The translations under genes were made by a program, and so were the position numbers. DNA of 63,903 nucleotides, counting the filler, from Octopus bimaculoides (Eukaryota), in the NCBI RefSeq assembly GCF_001194135.2. It is 6 parts of 6 records of this genome, joined end to end, with 100 filler letters (N's around TTAATTAATTAA, not from the genome) between each part and the next. Parts side by side here need not be neighbours in the genome. Positions count along the whole stretch, not along the records: positions 62,389 to 63,903 come from NC_069008.1; 5 more parts are not named here. One strand, written 5' to 3'. Positions 62,676 through 63,903 of this stretch are shown here, piece by piece (the stretch's first letter is position 1; every line of letters begins with the position of its first letter). The notes beneath the pieces were generated by a model. It made no database searches and was not told the DNA's origin. It was given only the letters and a program-made list of their open reading frames with translations.

Positions 62676-63499
62676 AAGCAGTGAACAATATCGGCATTCG
62701 TAGGGGTTCTGACTTGACATCTAGAGACAGTGCTGACATCTGTGGTAATTCTGGAAGCGAAATTTTGGGGCATCCTTCATATTTTGTGGCATTATTTTCA
62801 TAAGTGGACGGTCATCCGAGGAAGAAAATTACTGGATGGTCGTATTGGACAGATCTGACAACGTCTTTCGTTGCCCATGCAACTGCCTCTACCCACAACA
62901 AAGGTAAGATTACGTTTGTACGTGCGTATGTGTGTATGTGAGCCTGTGTGCATGTGTGTATGTATGTGCGTACGCGCGTGAGTATATTAGATTTAGGATT
63001 ATGATACGTGGTGTACAGGTTAACGTCTGGAGCTCACTCACGGTCAAAAGATTGTGACTTCTGAATCGGGTGGTGTATTGATCCCTTCGGCAAGATACTT
63101 CACTATGTCTCCACTCTATTGAAAATAAGTACAAGTGATAGCTGGAGGAGGATCCAGTTAAACGCTTGGCAACCTGAATAAGCTCCGGTCTGGAAGCTTG
63201 AGTCAGACTTTATGATGCGTTTGTCTGGTGAAGAGAGCGAGGATATTTCTTGCTGTTTAGCAGTTGGTCAGTAGTGATTATGCAGGTCAATGATCAAAGC
63301 CGTTTCAACCGTAGCCATCACAACATATATTCAAAAATATGCTTGTTATAACGACAATATTATGCTGTTGTATTTGTGTGTTTGTTTGTTTGTTGTTGTT
63401 GTTAGCGTCATCATTTTGCGCCAGATCCGGCCTGATCGAACAGTTTTTCAGTCAAAGATATTCCAGCCGTGACCATCCCGTTCTTTTTAATTCAGATAT

Positions 63500-63903
63500 T
63501 CTCTATTAGCTGTTTCTTCTTTCATTTCCCCTCACAAATGTATCTCTTGAACTTTATCTCTTCCTTTCTCTCGTCCCTTCTCTCTATTTCTATCTATTTC
63601 TAGCAATGTCGTACGTATTCTCTTCCCCTCTCTATTCCATGCCCTCCTCTCCTCTAGCTCCCCCTATGTTTCTCATCTACTCTTATGTCTCTCACTTTCT
63701 TTTATCTGTTAGTCTTTCTTTTTACATCTCCCCTTATCCCTTTCTCTCTCTCCCTATACCATCGTCGATTTCTCTCTCTCTCTCTCTTCCTATTTCTATC
63801 TCTCTATCAATTTCTCTTCTGCTTCTTTCTCTTTATCTCTTCCACTTTTGAATTTGTATCTTCCTCTCCATCTCTCTAAATTTTCTTCCTCATCTTCTAA
63901 CAT
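63500..63903. repeat. CT-rich low-complexity tract
   Basis: Pyrimidine-dominated plus strand. Confidence 0.85.

Overview
AT-rich, repeat-dense animal genomic DNA with about 8 kb of N gaps. The SINE, microsatellite and transposon content resembles a cephalopod (Octopus-type) genome; this is my inference from repeat content and was not checked by a search. I found no host protein-coding gene I can support, so the window looks intergenic or intronic, and nearly all long ORFs in the supplied track are microsatellite or N-gap artefacts. Supportable content: (1) three tRNA-headed SINE families, labelled A, B and C here, with about 28 copies or fragments; (2) decayed retroelements: two Penelope-like elements (PLEs) of different type, an RTE LINE split by a SINE, and an RTE-type 3' end; (3) decayed DNA transposons: four mariner relics, a hAT transposase relic and several MITEs, one with a perfect 8-bp target-site duplication (TSD); (4) many microsatellites, including a 1.15-kb (ACTC)n-based array; (5) five artificial 100-bp scaffold spacers (44N-TTAATTAATTAA-44N). 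The most interesting unexplained signals are two identical minimal hammerhead-ribozyme motifs in a young PLE-like repeat (37332-37376 and 49786-49830, minus strand) and a set of long near-perfect inverted repeats (19990, 29393, 31118, 35588, 36842, 57301). The transition mismatches in those repeats are almost all G-U on the plus strand. Coordinates were read by eye; element ends are approximate unless a terminal inverted repeat (TIR) or TSD is quoted.
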